Assembly (NCBI RefSeq): GCF_000143415.4
Contig: NW_003314282.1
Location: 593,700 to 657,699, forward strand
Origin: Selaginella moellendorffii
Taxonomy: Eukaryota; Plantae; Lycopodiophyta
Length of the DNA stretch: 64,000 nt
Direction: 5' to 3'
The number at the start of each line of letters is the position of its first letter. Position 1 is the first letter of the stretch. The notes below the pieces were generated by a model that was given only the letters and a program-made list of their open reading frames with translations, made no database searches and was not told where the DNA came from. Shown here in pieces: positions 62,597 through 64,000 of the stretch. The position numbers were made by a program, and so were the translations under genes.

Positions 62597-64000
62597 ATGC
62601 TGCTCCTGGCCCTGTGGCGTCGCCTCGGCCGGCGATCCAGCGCCGCCGGCCATGTACGATGCTTCTCCTCAGCTCAGGCGCTGCCATCGGCGGAGGATTT
62701 CGCGGCGCGGCGCCGCGAGGATGCTCTTCTCGGTGAGATCGATGCGCGCTACCCCGCATTCATGGTTTGGGGATGCAACACCGACGTCGGCAAGACGCTC
62801 GTCTCCACTGGTATGGCGGCAGCGCTTCTTTCGCCCGGAAAGAGCCAGAAATCGCATGTCCTCTATGTGAAGCCCGTCCAGACGGGATTTCCAGATGATT
62901 CCGACGCCAGGTCTGTGACGCAGAGGATAGATTCTCTCGTCGGGAGGAGCGAGAGCATCTTTCTCTCCAACCGGACAATGTGGCTGTCCGATGAGGCTTC
63001 CAAAAAGGCAGCATTGACGAAAAGATCCACAGACTCCTCGGGTTCCTGGAAAAACTCTGCGAATTCAGTGAAAAGCTCCTCCAGTCTGACTTGCGAGACG
63101 CTGTGGAGCTGGTGTGCGGCTGTTTCTCCACACTTGGCCGCTCAGCAGGAAGGTGGCGGTGCTAGCGACGACGAGCTGCGAAAAGTTTTGCGAAGCTCGC
63201 TGTGGGAGTTCGGCGCTGGCGCGTCTCAAACGGGACGGAGCTGGGCTTTCGTTGAGACCGCGGGTGGTGTTGCGAGTCCGGCTCCCTCAGGAACTTTGCA
63301 GTGCGATCTTTACAGGTAGTAAGAAGTATATTGTGAGAAATCACTAACCTTTTTGGTTTTTCGCTTTTCTTTTTGAGACAGGCCTCTTCGACTACCTGGA
63401 ATTCTAGTCGGAGATGGAAGGCTAGGAGGAATATCGACTACTCTAGCGGCGTATGAAAGCCTTCTCTTGCGAGGATACGAGACAATCTGCATTGTAATTC
63501 AGGACATGGGACTGGGAAACAATCAGCATCTGTCCAAACAGCTCCATAACAGGTATATCTTCCATACCATGCGATTCCGATGCTAGTTTAGCTCGTCAGA
63601 GTGCCGGTCTTTGTGATCCCTGCCGTACCAAAGAATCCAGGTGACGATCTTGCGGGCTGGTTTCACGACACCAGCAGTACGTTCGTTCAAGTGGTGTCAC
63701 TGCTCGAAGATGCGTACCATAAGCGAATACAAAGGCTGCGTGAGATGCCCAAAAAAGCATCGGAGCTTCTCTGGTGGCCCTTCACGCAGCATAGATTGGT
63801 GCCCGAGGAGAACGTGACGGTTATAGACTCTCGATCGGGCGAATTCTTTTCAGTTTATGAGGTTTGTATTATACTGCTTTCTTTTAGTTGCGTACTGACT
63901 TTTCAAACTGTGCCAGAATAAACACGGCCGCTTTGCTCAGCAGTTTGATGCTTGTGCAAGCTGGTGGACGCAGGGGCCCGATGCATCACTGCAGGTAAGT
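62597..64000 (+). CDS. BIO3-BIO1: Bifunctional dethiobiotin synthetase / DAPA aminotransferase, mitochondrial (5' part; runs off window)
   Basis: Presequence; P-loop WGCNTDVGKT, KPVQTG, VETAGGVASP and GDGRLGGISTT; then LWWPFTQH and DACASWWTQG. Confidence 0.95.

Overview
Eukaryotic plant nuclear DNA. The many 50-80 nt GT-AG introns, tight gene spacing and a Tcn1-type chromovirus suggest a non-seed plant with a compact genome, most likely the lycophyte Selaginella (inference). The window has two halves. (1) About 1-28 kb is a nested stack of mostly non-coding LTR retroelements. It can be taken apart by hand using 5-bp target-site duplications (TSDs) and empty-site paralogs inside the window. 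An old plus-strand non-coding LTR element (LARD-like) hosts a Cassandra-like TRIM whose 194-bp LTRs carry a 5S-rRNA-derived Pol III promoter block, two more 5S-bearing solo LTRs, several large solo LTRs, a young intact 7.2-kb LARD of the host's own family, and a truncated self-priming Tcn1/Tf1-type Gypsy element. (2) About 29.6-64 kb is gene-dense: a tRNA-Leu pseudogene, phytochelatin synthase, a divergent pair of NGATHA-like B3 repressors, a TNO1-like coiled-coil tail-anchored protein, a NAA60/MCC1-like GNAT, a nucleotide-sugar transporter, a 10-Cys LTP-like secreted protein, a two-lipoyl PDC E2 that lacks the catalytic His, a canonical PIN, and BIO3-BIO1 (cut by the window end). Best leads: the Cassandra-like 5S-LTR system with a modular 5S cassette, and the possibly E3BP-like E2. 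All coordinates were read by eye. There are three N gaps (11304-11403, 47454-47789, 53422-53521).
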